DNA of 64,000 bases. It comes from Lama glama (taxonomy: Eukaryota). Where the stretch lies: positions 53,694,001 through 53,758,000 of the forward strand of contig CM052817.1 in the NCBI GenBank assembly GCA_028534125.1, written 5' to 3'. Shown here piece after piece: positions 1 to 13,249 of the stretch (its first letter is position 1; every line of letters starts with the position of its first letter). Below the pieces are notes generated by a model that was given only the letters and a program-made list of their open reading frames with translations, did not search any database and was not told where the DNA came from. The translations under genes were made by a program, and so were the position numbers.

Positions 1-1596
1 AACATTATCATCTCTTGCTTAAATAATAAGTTTATCAGTATGTCCTTTCTCCTATATTTACTGATATGTTTTTCATGAATGTATAAATACATGGTTTCTT
101 GTGGAGCAAGGATTTATAGTAAATCTGAGCTGAGACAATTGCATATGATATTTTATGGCTGGAATTTGTAGAAGATGAAAAGTAATTAGATGAAGAGCAT
201 ATGAAATGAATCTCAAGACTCCAGAATATAACATGTCTTAATTCCCCCTTTAAATAAGTGTAAAGGGCTGAAATTAGTAATAATTGTATATTTTTATTGG
301 ATAAAAATCTCATATCATCTGGTTGGAAAAAAATCATTGGAATCTACATCAAAGTAAATTAAATTCAATCACATTAAATCTTAATTACTTCACATATTAC
401 TGTGAGCAGTACCAAGAAGTCAAAAGACACAGATCGTGTCTTGACAGAAGTTAAAAGCTAACTGGGGAGATTAGAGTTGAAAAATGAAGAATTTAGATAG
501 CAGTGTTGAATAATTTATAAAGAGTATTTGTAAAACAATAAGTAACATAAGATTTCAGAGGAGAGAGAGTTAAAGAGGGTCAGTCAGAAAGTCTTCTTTG
601 AAGAAATAGAATTTGAAGAAGCACTATCATTGGGAGGCAATGTCAGGTGAGACAATCACATCTGTAGATGCAGATCATATTTCAAAATATCACGTTAATC
701 AAACATTACAGTATTTAGATATGCAAATTAAAAATATAAATATCTTGATATTATATTTGTCTCATTTTAGAGTCTGACATGTTTACCACTACTAAAACAT
801 GTACACATCACACCATGCTCTATCCAGGAAAGTTCTTGCAGAATTTTTTTGTTTTTGAAATATTCTTTTGGAAAAATATTATAAATATGAGAGAATTTCC
901 ATTAACAAATCTGCTGAGCTATTTCAAAGGCACTGACCTTTGAGCATTGATGAACCCTTATGGAGAAAAAATATGAAAGTCATTTTTTTCAAATAAGATG
1001 ATATCTAAGAATTCAAATAATTCTATTTTTATAGATACCAGTGTATCTTTCCTGTACTAAGATTTTTCCATACAATATGTAAAAATTTTGTATTACCCAC
1101 ATGATATTCATAACACTTCTATTTTTATGGCAGTTTTCCTATTTCGTGATCCTAGCAAATAACTTCCCTGCTAGCTTCAGTGACCCCTTTTGTCGTTTGT
1201 GAGGCAGGTAATACTTATAGGCTCATTATCACAAGCCTGATAGAAAACTATGCCAGAAGTACAATTATAACTTATATCTGATCAAGTGACTAAGAGTTCA
1301 TGTTTATTTTTAAAATTATTATTGCTAAATATTTATCAGGGATGGATAAAAGTTTTATGAGATCTGAAATCATATAATTTGGGGGGACTCTATTTAAGAA
1401 AAATAAACTAGCAACTTTCAAAAAGTTGATTGTAGCCCATACATAAAATTGAGGGGGGAAGTATTTGTATCAATTAACTGCCTGATACCTTTCCATACAC
1501 CTTCCCTGTATATTCCCCAAAATACACAAAATTCATGAAATTCAGATAAGTGCAATTTAAATTTTCTTCTATAATTACATAAGCAAATTATTCTTA

Positions 1597-2597
1597 TATA
1601 AAGGATAGCAGAACATGCCACCCCAAATTATACCTCTTTGGCATAAGCATTATTTTGAGCTAATTATTTTGGGAAACAGCAGACACAGGAAAAGCTCTGA
1701 AAACTAATAGAAGGCACCCTTTTGAAAGAGAAATTTGCATTTATATAGGAAATCTCCATTTGTATGGGTGTCTCTTTCTCTACACCAGGAAGAGAAGGAT
1801 GACTCTAAGTCACAAGAGAATCTTTTCAATGGAGAAGACACCTACTTAAATCTTCATAACAAACGTTATCTTTATTTACTGAGATTTTCTGTTAACTTCT
1901 CCGTATTTGACCTCCCCCAAACACACGCATTTCTTTTATTTTTAGGTGAAAATTATACTCAATCTTGAGTTCAAAGCCACCTCAGAGAGTTACTCACTTT
2001 TTCCTGGGTATCTTACAGGCGTACCTGAGTTGTATATATTAATAAACCTCTGGTTTTCTTTTGTTAATCTGTCTTTTAATACAAGGATCTCAGCCAAGAA
2101 CAGCAGGGTAGAGGGAAAATTATCTTTTGTGAAATAAAATTCATATTTTATGGCAAGACAAGAGAAATTTAAATATAAAAAATTTTCTATGTCCTTTGCC
2201 CTCCTGTCTCCCCACTCCTGGGCATTGTGTATCTGTGTTTGGCATCAACTAAACCCACCCCATCAGCAGAAATACCTGCTAAATCACAAGGAACAATATT
2301 CTCCTAGCATCAACAAGACAACACCTTAAAAAAATAACATTTCTTCTTTATCTTGTAAGGGGCCATGGTGACAGTTAGATCTGGATTGTGCAAACTGTCA
2401 ATAATACGTCATTTAACAGCCCTCTGTCTCAAAAACCTTGTATAACTGTGCCTTGACATCTAATGAGCAGAAGAGTACTCAGAGTTTTCTGAGATGCTCT
2501 TCCCAGGTTATTATCTTCAAATTTGACTCAAATACAACTTTCAATTTCTTTTTTAGATCAATTGATTAATTTTTCATCAACACTTTCCTCCCCTCCA
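1597..2597 (+). mobile_element. MER34-like ERV1 solo LTR, split near its 3' end by a younger LTR
   Basis: 5' motif aaggatagcagaacatgccaccccaaattatacctctttggcataagcattattttgagct. AATAAA at ~2042. The 3' end gagggaaaattatcttt...cctcccctcca resumes after 2582. Confidence 0.75.
2128..2582 (+). mobile_element. ERV1-class solo LTR nested in the MER34-like LTR
   Basis: TG...CA termini and an exact 4-bp TSD CTTT (2124-2127, 2583-2586). TATA-like motif and LTR-type U5 end. Confidence 0.8.
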
Positions 2598-4102
2598 TCT
2601 ATATTCTTCATTTTCTACTGTAATATATCCAAGAACAATTGAGTTAAAGAGAAGTTATTCACCAACTCATGCAACCCCTCCCACCTCTCATTCTCACTGC
2701 CCGTGTTCCAATATTTAGAAGGATGTGGTGGTGTCAAGAGAGACTGAAGAAAGGAGGCATGTACTAATGTGCCCGCTCTAGTGGTGTCTCCACTCCTTGA
2801 ATGAATGAATGAATCCTATTCAACATTTAATGATGGCCAATATATTCTAGGCACTGTTAGGCTGAATCTCACAGATTGAATTGTTCTTAATTATTGCTTC
2901 AGATTTTATTTCTCAAGCAGGATAGGTCGTTGTTTCAGAGTCTTAACTGGGTCATATGTTTTGTTTGTAGCCCACTTCCTCATCTGGCACACTGCCTCTA
3001 GTACAGTAAATACTCAGTTCTTTTGACAGATTGCTTCTTCGGCCACCTGTAAGAGCCTTTTAAAAATCTCAGACCATAGAGATAGTATATTTTGTGATTA
3101 CTTCTTATTTTCACATCAGTCTTGTTGAACTAATGAATTTAATATCATTAAAATGATGCAACTGACAAAGATGACCTAGGCTCCTCCAACCACAGTCAAC
3201 CTTGTAAGATGCACTTATACATATTTCAAACACAAAAAGGCTGAAACAGCACACTAAATTAGGTATTTGCAATTATCAGAGATCTTATGATGTGTTGTCA
3301 TATTTGAGCCACACTCTATTACCACATCGTATATATAGCCCATGTCAGATTTTGTTTTTCATTCTCTCACAATTTTTTTCCCCATAATCTATATACTCAC
3401 AAAGCATTCCTTTATTTGACCCATTTATCTGCTAGTTCAAGACTAAAACAACATAGAAGGACATAATGAAAAGAAAATTGGATTTACAAACATAAGGTAC
3501 TAGGTCCAGGACATTCTCCAAGTCCGACTGTTTTTCCCCTCTGCAATGACAAAAAGGGTGCTATAAACAATATGCATTCATATTGAACAACTGAAATTAC
3601 CTAATCTGACTGTGAATTTTAGTCAGTTTTAATGAGGACTCATGATAATAACACAGCCTCCTTTATATATCATGGATTTAAAATATTGCCAGCTACACTT
3701 TTACTGAGCCCTTAAGTCATGTGTTGTGCATATGAAGGTGAAGGGTTCTATCAATTTTATTCCACTCTTCCCTTGCCCTCTACATTGCACATCTCTGAAT
3801 AGATTTTTCAAATAAGTTCACTGAAATCGAGACTCTTAGAGTCTCTTCTGGCAGACCTATAAATCACATGCTTTAATACTGACTTCTATTTTCTGGGCTT
3901 TCTCTATTTTTCTATTACTTTGCACATAAGGTTTTGTTTACCTCTCAACTTCCATGAAATGCAAAATTATATCCTTAAGCACAGTGCTCTGATTTTCTTC
4001 TGGATCACCTAATTTAGCTCTTTACTTTTGTTATGAGAGTAACAATAATTTATCTGGTACTTCTGTCCACAGTGGCTTCTCAACTTGCAAGATTTCTATT
4101 GC

Positions 4103-4856
4103 TGTTACAGATTGCATAGCTACAGACAACAATGATCAAAAAACTTTTCTCTGACCCTGCTGGCTACAAAGCAAGTGCTATCACAAAGAATCCAACTTGT
4201 GATAAATGGTCAACTGCTTTAGAGTTGCTATCCATATAAAACAAAGAACCCTTCAGATGACCTTGGAGGGGTCTCAACACCTGGCAAAGGAATAAATAAA
4301 TTTAATTGACAAAGACTTAGGAAGATAAAGGGGGCAAAGGAGACTGAACCACACAGCTGTAACTGAGGCAGTGAGACTAACTAGGTACTCTCAGATCCTC
4401 AGCATTATTCCAATTCTACTTCTTTGTTGTGATACGGCTATAATCTTATGCTTACTATGCCTGACTTCTACCGTTAACTTAGCTTAACTTGCTGCTGATG
4501 GAGAAGGCTGTCGATGGTTATTGAGACTGAAGATTAGTTGTCCTATAGGCTTCAGCCTTGTTCCTTGTTCTACAGGAATAGCTGAACAGAGATTTAAGGC
4601 ACAGCTCTTTGGAACCACGTGATGGAGACAATCGTCTTTGGAAATGGATGGTGACTCCTCCCTAGCAGGTAGTCCCTTCCTCTTTTCCCTATCTAATCTC
4701 TGAGTAAAAGCTGGGAGCAGGTTCTTTGAGACATGAATCTACCTTTTCTCTAGAATTGCTGGCTTCCTCAGTAAAGCTATTTTTACCTTTGCTCAACACC
4801 TGTCTCTCAGTATTGGATTGCCGAGCGATGAGCAGCTGAAACTGAGCTCAGTAACA
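4103..4856 (+). mobile_element. ERV1-class solo LTR
   Basis: Inverted termini TGTTAC...GTAACA and 3' end gagcgatgagcagctgaaactgagctcagtaaca typical of MER4-group LTRs. No clean TSD, so the 5' boundary is uncertain. Confidence 0.6.
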
Positions 4857-6218
4857 GATACCACCACAGACTTCATTGAGTCATTATACTGAACCTCACT
4901 CTTGCAGTTTCATCTCCTCTCCTTTTTCTGCAATGAAGGTTCTGAAACACAGTACAACAGGAAAAGGAATTCTGCAGTAGACCGTAGAAGGAAAAACAAT
5001 CATTCTGATGGTCCACAGATAACACGAATATCTTTAAAAAAAAATCTAATTTGGTGGCTGGTATATGTAGCTTTCAGTCCTGAAATGATGGCAGAGATCT
5101 ATTGTTGTGACTTTTAAAACAATGAGAAATAAGTTAAAAGCAAATTTGAACTAATCCCCAGCAGAGGAAATGACAACCTGTAGAATGATTTATTTGAAAG
5201 TCCATTTAAATACATGATAAATTAGAAGTCTGAAGGAGTGTTATTTGGCAGCCCTTCTGGGAGAAAAGAGTGTGTGGACTAAAATGTAGCCAAACAATAA
5301 ATAAAATAGAGACAAATTCATTTCTAAAAATAGCACTTTACAATTTACAAACTCAGATCAATTATTTCTGAATTTAAAAATATAAGCTCATGATCAAATT
5401 GAAAGGATATACTACCTTAGTAGTGAAATTTATAAATTGCTTCAAGAATGGGACTTGACTTCTTTTTAAGTGTTTAGCCAAAAAAAAAAAAATTGCATTC
5501 AGAGGAGTTCAAAACAGCATAAGATCACCACCCTATTATCATTTGAACAATTTCCTGTGGCTAAATAATGTGTTTATTCTTTTAGAATTTTCATATGCAG
5601 CATAATTGTTTAAAAATAGGTACTTCTTCACCATTGCTACTCCAGCTACAGTCATTGTCAATCTATAGGATTCATGTGGTGACATTCTATGTTCCAATTT
5701 CAATCTCAGTCACAAAAGCAAGCCTTCTAATTCTGTCACCATTTAGTGATCGACAGATGATTTTGCACTCATTTGACCTTTTCCATGCTCTCTTGTTTGA
5801 TTAGCAGAAACCATTCCCATTCTCTTACAATAAAAGGTAGAATAGATTAGCCAGTAAGAATTCAGAATATTTAAGTAGTTAAAGCATAACAGACCACTGT
5901 TGGCATGTAATGCAGATATTAAAATTCTAATGACTCATTCCCCTGTCACAGATGAAGAAAGGAACAGAAATAGACATAACATGGATCTGTTCTTCTGAAA
6001 CTAATTAAACAGGAATTTAAGATGGTAAAGACTTCATCCATTCATGTAAATTAATGAAGTTTTTTAGATTGGCGGGGAAGCCCTTGGGATTTATCAAAAT
6101 TCAGGATTTGGGGATATGGAATCAGTTTAGCTTAGGGTTCAGTGTTAAAAGAGAGGTTTTAATGATGAAAGAACAGAGTGATGTGAAAGAAAGAAGAAAA
6201 GAAAGCCATAAGAAAAGA

Positions 6219-7221
6219 TGATACTGAGCAGGACCCAAATGGGGCATTCCTGATACAATTCTTTCCATGTTCCCCATTTCTTGTTCGTAGGAAATAGGCT
6301 TCTTTTAGCCTCCTGGACTTTCCCTGAGTTCCAAAGGTCAGATTCAAGCAGTTGCTAATTAAGGAGGGGAGGGAATGCAGGAAGGAGGGAGGAGTAGCCA
6401 AGAAACAATAGGGCAGCCTTGGGGCAGGGTCCTGGTTCCTCCTCAAGGAGTATATTTAATAATACCTGTAAGTTCTTCTGCAGGAACTAACCCCACCCCC
6501 TCAACTCCTGACTCCTGTTTATGGCTGAGCAGAATCTTTAGAGATGCATCCCTGCCCCCCAGAGGACACTGGGTCCACCAGATTGCCAGCATTCTGATTA
6601 AAAGCAACTTTCCTTTTTGTAACTAAGGCTGTTTGCCCCCATCATACCCTTGCCACTCCCACCCTACAATGAATAGAAACCAATTACTCTTATCTAAGTC
6701 TAAGGAGGCAGCTGCAGAGGGAAGAAATAAGAACTGGTTAGAACCAGCTGAACCCAAGATGGCAGAGTATTTGACTTCCAGCGGACCTTGAGCCTCATTA
6801 TACACTTATTATAATGTACTTGCATGCTAAATGACACACCCACCGGCACCATGACAGTTGATGATTGTCACGATAACAACCAGAAAAGCTCATACAAGGA
6901 TAGAAAAAAAGGTGACTGGCTCCAGCACACCCAGAAGGAGAACATGATGGCAGAAGTGTCCCAGAAAAGTCCACGTGGCCCTCCCCGGAGCTAGAGCTGT
7001 CCCATCCTGGCTGGCGGCTCCCCGCTCGGGCGCCTGTTCTTTGTTTACCTTTCTTTCCTTTTCCCTGCCTGAGCACCTTTTTTTTCCTTTTTCCTCTTCT
7101 GAGCAATAAAGCAGCCATTCACTTTGTCCCTCTATCTTTCCTGTGAATCCTTTCACAGCCAGTGGCAAGGACTCACATTTAGGTGGGCCTCCTAACTTAG
7201 GGGTCTCTGTATCCTCTAACA
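6219..7221 (+). mobile_element. ERV1 solo LTR (1003 bp) with MER41-like central segment
   Basis: TG...CA termini and exact TSD AAGA (6215-6218, 7222-7225). Core ccaagatggc...catgctaaatgacacacccaccggcaccatgacagtt. AATAAA at ~7105. Confidence 0.85.
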
Positions 7222-7228
7222 AAGACAG

Positions 7229-7806
7229 TGAAACCAAACAGGACCTTCAGTCGAGTGGGACCCTCCTGGGCACTGAAATCTTTCCATGTCTCCTATTTCT
7301 TATTTGTAGGACAAAGGCTTCGGCCTCCTAGCCCTCCCTGAGTTCCAAAGAGCAGATCCAAACAATTGCTAATCAGGGAAGTAAAGGAATGCAGAAACAA
7401 AGGAGGAGCAATCAAGAAACTATAGCGCTGCTATTAAAGCAGGATCCCAGTGCCTGTTCAAGGTGTATGCGTAACAGTATCTTTGAGTTCTTCTGCAGGA
7501 ACTAAGGCCCCCACCCAGTGCAGGGTGGCAACTTCAGGTTAAGCACAAGATTTTTGGAACACTGCCCTGTTACCTCACCACCAACCAATCAGAAGGAGGT
7601 CACTGCCCTGCAGCCCTCACCCCAGTGTCGCCTATAAAAAAAAACTTCTCCCTGCAAGCCATCAAGGAGTTTGGACTTTTTTTAAGCATGAGCCACTCAT
7701 TCTTCTTGGTTGGTACTGCAATGAACCTTTCTCTGCTCCAAACGCCAACGTTTCAATTTGTTTGGCCTCACTGTGCATCAGGCACATGTACTTTTGTTCA
7801 GTAATA
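7229..7806 (+). mobile_element. ERV1 solo LTR related in its 5' ~280 bp to the LTR at 6219
   Basis: Shares ctttccatgt..ccctgagttccaaag..ttgctaat..gttcttctgcaggaactaa with 6219-6490. CCAAT box at ~7586, TATAAA at ~7633, ends ttcagtaata. Confidence 0.8.
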
Positions 7807-8089
7807 GTAGACCTTTCTTACTGAGGCATAATTTCAGGGAAAATTTGAATTAAAAAAAGAATCAGACTCTAAGGAAGAAAGTTGGAATCATTCTGTGATA
7901 AGAAATAAATATCTATACAAGATATTTACTTTTTTCTCCTTGTGCTATAATAATATAACCCTAGATATTATAAATTATTCTTATCTTATACTATAGGAAA
8001 TAATAGTTAAAATAATTCACTAAACGTATTTCCTAATTTTGGGGGAGATGTTTTGCAAGACATTAATTCTATCATGGTGACTAAATATA

Positions 8090-9330
8090 GCATGTTTCCT
8101 GTCCTCTTGGAGCCTATATTCAAGTCGGTAAGAGAGACATTAATTAAATGATCACACAAAGAAATAAAGCACTGCCATTGCAATAAGTAAGGTGAAGGAT
8201 ACAAGAATATGCCACCTGAAAATATGCCTCTGTGTATGGAATCTTTTGAGCTAAGGGGCAAAGAGAACCAGCAGATGCAGAAAAAGTGCTAAAAACAGGG
8301 CACAAGTTTTCCTACTGTGAAGGAAATACACATTTATAAAGGAAATTTCCATGGGTAAGAATGTCTCCCTCTCCCATACCAGGAAGAGTAGGACTTTTAA
8401 TACCTCTTGTCAATGGAGAAGGCAACTACTGACTTAAATTTGCAAAAATAACCTTACTAAACCCTTGCTTCCTATACTTTTCCTGGTAACCCTCTCTGCC
8501 TGGAAGCCTAAAACTTATTTTCCATTGGTTTTTTTAGGATGTTATGTAAATTTAAATTCTAAACAGCCCTTTGGCTTACTCATCACTGGGCATTTTTATG
8601 TGTGCACATGTGACGCATGTCTATAAACTTTTTTTCTCTTGTTAATCTGTCTTTGGCCAGTCTAATTTACAAAGCCCTAGCTAGAGAACCTAAAATGACA
8701 GAGGAAAAGAAATTTTCCTTACCCTACAACCATGTCAGGAAGGCACATGGTGATTCTGAGAATGCATACTGGAGGAAATGATCAAAGTGAGAAGTCCTGG
8801 GAGGCTTGACCAAGGAAGGGGCAATTGACTGAGACATGAAAGAGAGGGAGAGCTAATTAGTGAAGGGGAGAGAGGACTCCTGGGAGAGGAAACTGTCTCT
8901 GAAAAGGCAAGGACAGGTGATAGTTTGGCACTTTTAGGGAAATGTTAGATTGATGTGGCTGTTGTAAAAAGATTGAGAAGGATGTTGCAAGAAATGGAGA
9001 AAAATAGGGATCAAATACAATGCAAGACCTTGTATCTTGTATCTCATGTTAAGGATTTTGACTTTTTTAAGAACAGTGAGACATGTGTGCATGCACGTGT
9101 GTGTATCTGCACATATGTATGAACGTGAGATTTCTATTTATGGTACTACATGAGTACTTTCTGGAGAATGGGTTGGTGGATGGTAAGGCAACAGGAGATA
9201 TGAGGAGCCAGGTTAGGAAACTACTGAGATTGTCCAAGTCTGAGATGACTGCAACTGGAATGGAGCAGGAGGTGGTGAGGAAGAAAAAAAGTTGCAGGAT
9301 ACAGGTTATAAAGCACTGAAAAGTTCACAG
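8090..9330 (-). mobile_element. LINE-2 relic interrupted by the LTR at 8193-8728
   Basis: L2-typical antisense motifs: cctcttggagcctatattcaag..agagacattaa, gttaaggattttgactttt, ccaggttaggaaactactg. Confidence 0.6.
8193..8728 (+). mobile_element. Second MER34-like ERV1 solo LTR
   Basis: tgaaggatacaagaatatgccacc...aaattttccttaccctaca, alignable by eye to 1597-2127. Confidence 0.75.
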
Positions 9331-9869
9331 CTATTGTCTGAAACTAAAGGGAGTTGACTAAGTTAAGAAAAGACCTAGGGGCTGTGAAATTTAATACACA
9401 GATGACCCTGGTGAAAAATAAACAAGACAATATAGAAAACTGAGAATTAGCTCATCATTCATATTATCTCTTTTACCCATCACTGCTTTTCATTGAAGTG
9501 GAATTTCATTATTCTTTATCTTAGATATGCATATGAGGAAGGTAAACTTTAGAGAAGTGAAGTGTCTCATCCATGGTCACTCAGATAAATGGTGGCATAG
9601 ATAACCTCTGACTCCAAATTTGAAGCCTGTTTAATGACTTCATCATTACTTGTTTGAAGTAAGTTTGCCTATTGTTGAAGTAAACCATTAGAATTTATCT
9701 CTGACCCAATAGGCAATTTATTGTCCACTTTTGGAGAATGGTCTAGAATAATATTTCCCAAAGTATTTATGATTTAATTAGGTATTGCGTTTAAAAAAAA
9801 AAAAACTTCATGGTTAAAAAAAAAGTTTGCAAAATCTTCATCAAACAGTGCTATTTTAGACTGAACTGA

Positions 9870-10320
9870 GTTATTGCCCTGATTCTTCTGTGCTCATTGC
9901 ATTCACACCTTGCTGTGGCCTCCTCATGGGTATATTTCACCACTCCTTGAATTTGGCTTGGTCAAATGACTTCCTTTGACTAAGGGCCTGTGGGACCTTA
10001 GAAAGTAACAATGTGTCAGTGTCAAGCCTGGACCTTAGAAGGACACACCTGTTTGTGCTTATTATCTTGAAAGTGCTGTGAGAGGAAAGGACATCTCTAG
10101 CTACCTCTCTGACACAAGGAAAATGACAGACACTAAAGATGCCCACTCTGCCTTCAGTCTTTAATTAGAAACAGGACCTGAGGCACCACTGTCTGCACCA
10201 CTAGTCAAGTTCAACTGAGATCAGCCAAGCCCCATAGGACAAACAGGTGCACAAGAATAAATGAGTGTTATTTTAATCCACTGAATTTCCGGGTGGTTTG
10301 GTGCAGATCATTGTTGTGAT
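9870..10320 (+). mobile_element. MaLR (MLT1-type) LTR relic
   Basis: atatttcaccactccttgaatttggcttggtc..tgactt and 3' end aataaatgagtgttattttaatccactgaattt. Confidence 0.55.
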
Positions 10321-10427
10321 TTCTCAGCATCTCCATTATGCTGGGAACCTGCAGATCCCTCCTTCAGAAGACTCCTTCTCTAAAGCAGCATTAGGAAGTG
10401 CTAGATTTGAATAAGATCTATCAATCA

Positions 10428-10530
10428 TATGAAAACGAATGTATGTATGTATATGCATGTCTGGGACATTGTGCTGCACACCAGAAACTGAGACATTGTA
10501 ATTGACCGTACTTCAATTAAAAAATAATAA
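10428..10530 (+). mobile_element. Very short 5'-truncated young L1 3' end with A-rich tail
   Basis: ctgggacattgtgctgcacaccagaaactgagacattgtaattgaccgtacttcaattaaaaaa resembles the 3' end of the L1 at 20600-20680. Confidence 0.7.
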
Positions 10531-10549
10531 TAATCAGAAATAGTATTTT

Positions 10550-11910
10550 TCACCTAAGTTAGTTCAATATTTTGGTTTCTCTGGATGGCAAATGAACATA
10601 GTAATATGGGCTATATGTAATAGGATATTTAGTAAGACATTTTTCTATCAATTTGAAAATTTTGGTTAAATCCGCAAAGCTGCAGATAGTAGGTGATAAA
10701 TAACTCCCACACTCAAAAAGAGCTACGAAAATTCCCAGAGAACTTAACAACACGTTTAAATTGGTTTGTTGACTACCAACCACCATCAATCACTTTCAGT
10801 CTTTCTTAAAAATGACTGGAAGATTAGTGAGGAAATTGCTTAAAGGAAATACATAAGAGTAGAGAAGTCTGTACCTCACTCTTTCCTTTCTCCATGGAAA
10901 GGAAAGAGTGTTTCTGCTGTCCCACCACTGCCAAGTGAAGAGAGGTTCCCCCCAAAATCATTCACATAAATAAGAGTTTTCTGTAAGAGGGAAGACTAGC
11001 ATCTCTCTCACTATTTGGACCTTATGCTTATAAAGCTACAAATCTAATGACATAAATCATGAGAGAATTCTTAAGAAAAACTGATTTGAGTCTTCCAGAT
11101 TTGGGGGTAACATGAAAAGAAAAACTGTACACACTGGTCTTGGGAAATTCAGAGGGGATGATGCCAGCCTTGGTAACACTTGATGACAAAGTGAAGAGAG
11201 GGGACGGCACAGCAAGCAGGTGGCCATATGCCTTGGTTCTTCTGAGCAGTAAATGAACAGAGTAGCATATGTCATATGTTATGGGCCATTTGATGGGATG
11301 TTGAATGAGGCGTTTCCTATCAACTTGAAAAATTTTGCTAAATTTGGCATTTTGTGGAGCCAGGAGGCATGAGTTCCCTTGGGTCAGGAAGACGCCACTG
11401 TGGGTAAGTGGCTTGACTGGAGCTGTGGACCGAACCAATGGGAAGACAAAACTAATAAAAGGGTGAAAAGAGACCAGCCCAAAAGTATTATCTGTGGTGT
11501 ATGAACCTACATAAACCCATGCGTGCCTGACATGACAGTATTCAGAGCCAGTTTACACTGGTATCCAACCAATGAAAATATTTGCTCTATTTCTCTATTG
11601 CCTCTAAACCCTATCTTGGCAGTATCAGAAGGATTGGGAAGGAGGTGGAGGGAAAGAGAATGAGAGACGAGGTCTCATCCCTACTGCAGGAAACAGGCTG
11701 CAGATCTGGTGTGAGGAAAGGGAGAGGAAAAGCTTTAACATTTATGTAAGATTAAATAAGACCATTTTGTAGTTTGACATAGACTGTATACAGCCACAGG
11801 ATCTGCCAGAGGTATTGTCATCAGGTGGCGACAAAAGAGCCCTTATCAGAACACAGAAAAGGGTAAAGAATAAAGTTCCTATATTGTGTTTTACTAAATT
11901 AAACCTTTTT
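10550..11910 (+). mobile_element. Ancient LTR relic(s), possibly LTR78-like, with an internal diverged duplication
   Basis: Two related ~120-bp blocks (10567-10680, 11228-11350) and AATAAA near 11869. Confidence 0.4.
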
Positions 11911-11933
11911 TTTTTTTAAACTAGCCACATATA

Positions 11934-12938
11934 TGTGGCAACTGGGTGGTAAAGAATTTGACCTTACCCCAAGAGAAGTCTGCCTTTGCCCTCAGCTTCT
12001 GCCAGGTAATCTATGTCTTTGTTTAAAGGTGGGGGCTCTGGCCACACTGGACCTTAGGGTGGGGCTGGTCCTGCTAGAAAGACCACCCATGCGGTTTAGA
12101 GTAGGGGCTTTGAATCACATAGTATCAGTTGACATGGTATTATAGGTTAAATGTTTGTGTCCTTCCAAATTCATATGTTGAAGCCTTAACCCACAATATG
12201 ATGGCATTTGGGAAGGTAATTTTGGTTATATAAGTTCATGAGGGTGGGGTCCTGGTCTGATGAGGCTGGTGCTTTTCGAAGAGACACCAGACAGCTCGCT
12301 CTCTCTCTCTCTCTCTCTCTCTGTGAGCCCACAGCAAGGTGGTGGCCATCGACAAACCAAGAGAAGAGGCCTTAGAATGAAATCTGTCTTACCAAGACAC
12401 TGATCTTGGACATCCCCACCTCCAGAATTATAAGAAATAAATTTCTGTTATGTGAGTCATCCGGTCTGTGGTATTTTGTTCTGGTAGTCCAAATAGAGTA
12501 ATCTAATTGTGAATGAGTTAACCCACGAGGGCAAACAATCCATTATGCTTATGTAGTGGAGCCTCAAGTTTACCTGAGCCTGGACACTGAGACTCAGGTA
12601 AACTTCCCTGGTTGGCAGGACTTCTGGTGTATTGTCACACATCAACACCAGGAGAGTAAATCATCAAGAAGACAGTGGAAGCTTTGCATCTGGGACCCTC
12701 CCAGACTCTGCCTATGCATCTCTTCCCTTGGTATTTTCATATGTGGTCTTATCCTGTTATAATCTGTAATCATGAGTATACTAACTTCCAGTTCTGTGAG
12801 TTCTTCTAGCTAATTGCTGAAATTCAGAGGGATTATGGTAACCTCCAAAACTTGCAGCTGATGTCAGAAATCTTGGGCAGACTTGGCAGTCTAGAGGCCT
12901 GTATCCGCAGTCCTCATGATCTGGCTAACTCTGGTAAT
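11934..12938 (+). mobile_element. MER21-like ERVL LTR split by a MaLR LTR
   Basis: tgtgg..taaagaatttgaccttaccc..agagaagtctg; gactcaggtaaacttccctggttggca; ctaattgctgaaattcagagggg. Confidence 0.7.
12135..12497 (+). mobile_element. MLT1A-type MaLR LTR nested in the MER21-like LTR, with internal (CT)n
   Basis: aatgtttgtgtccttccaaattcatatgttgaagccttaaccc...ctccagaattataagaaataaatttctg...gtggtattttgtt. Confidence 0.8.
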
Positions 12939-13249
12939 ATTTCATACATTTGTGAGAATTAATGTTTTTTCAGTCTAACTGAATTCATATATCCTGTCAT
13001 GTTCACACAATTGATCAAATTAATTAGCATTACTATGCACTATAATGTGTATTTTTCTGATTTATAAAACACAAAAAGATAAAAATTAAAAAATTAATAC
13101 ATGTCATTTTAGAAGTATTCAGGAGATAAAAATATAAAAAAGAAAATTTAAATCATTAATAATTATATCAAGCAGATATATGCAATATGAGTATGTTAAT
13201 CTTTTAGTGTATTAATTTATATATTCTGGGTCACGTGAGCTAATAGTTA

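Noticed and set aside
3830..3846. Perfect 7-bp hairpin gagactc-tta-gagtctc
   Set aside because: Expected by chance in 64 kb and has no supporting context.
6159..7331. Cluster of 60-115 aa ORFs
   Set aside because: They lie within or overlap LTRs and show no gag/pol/env or cellular protein resemblance.
6219..7806. Two-LTR provirus
   Set aside because: Only 7 bp separate the LTRs, there is no primer-binding site or internal sequence, the 3' halves differ, and the first has its own TSD.
1597..8728. Provirus bounded by the two MER34-like LTRs
   Set aside because: The copies are too divergent, the second sits within an L2, and no retroviral internal sequence is recognisable between them.
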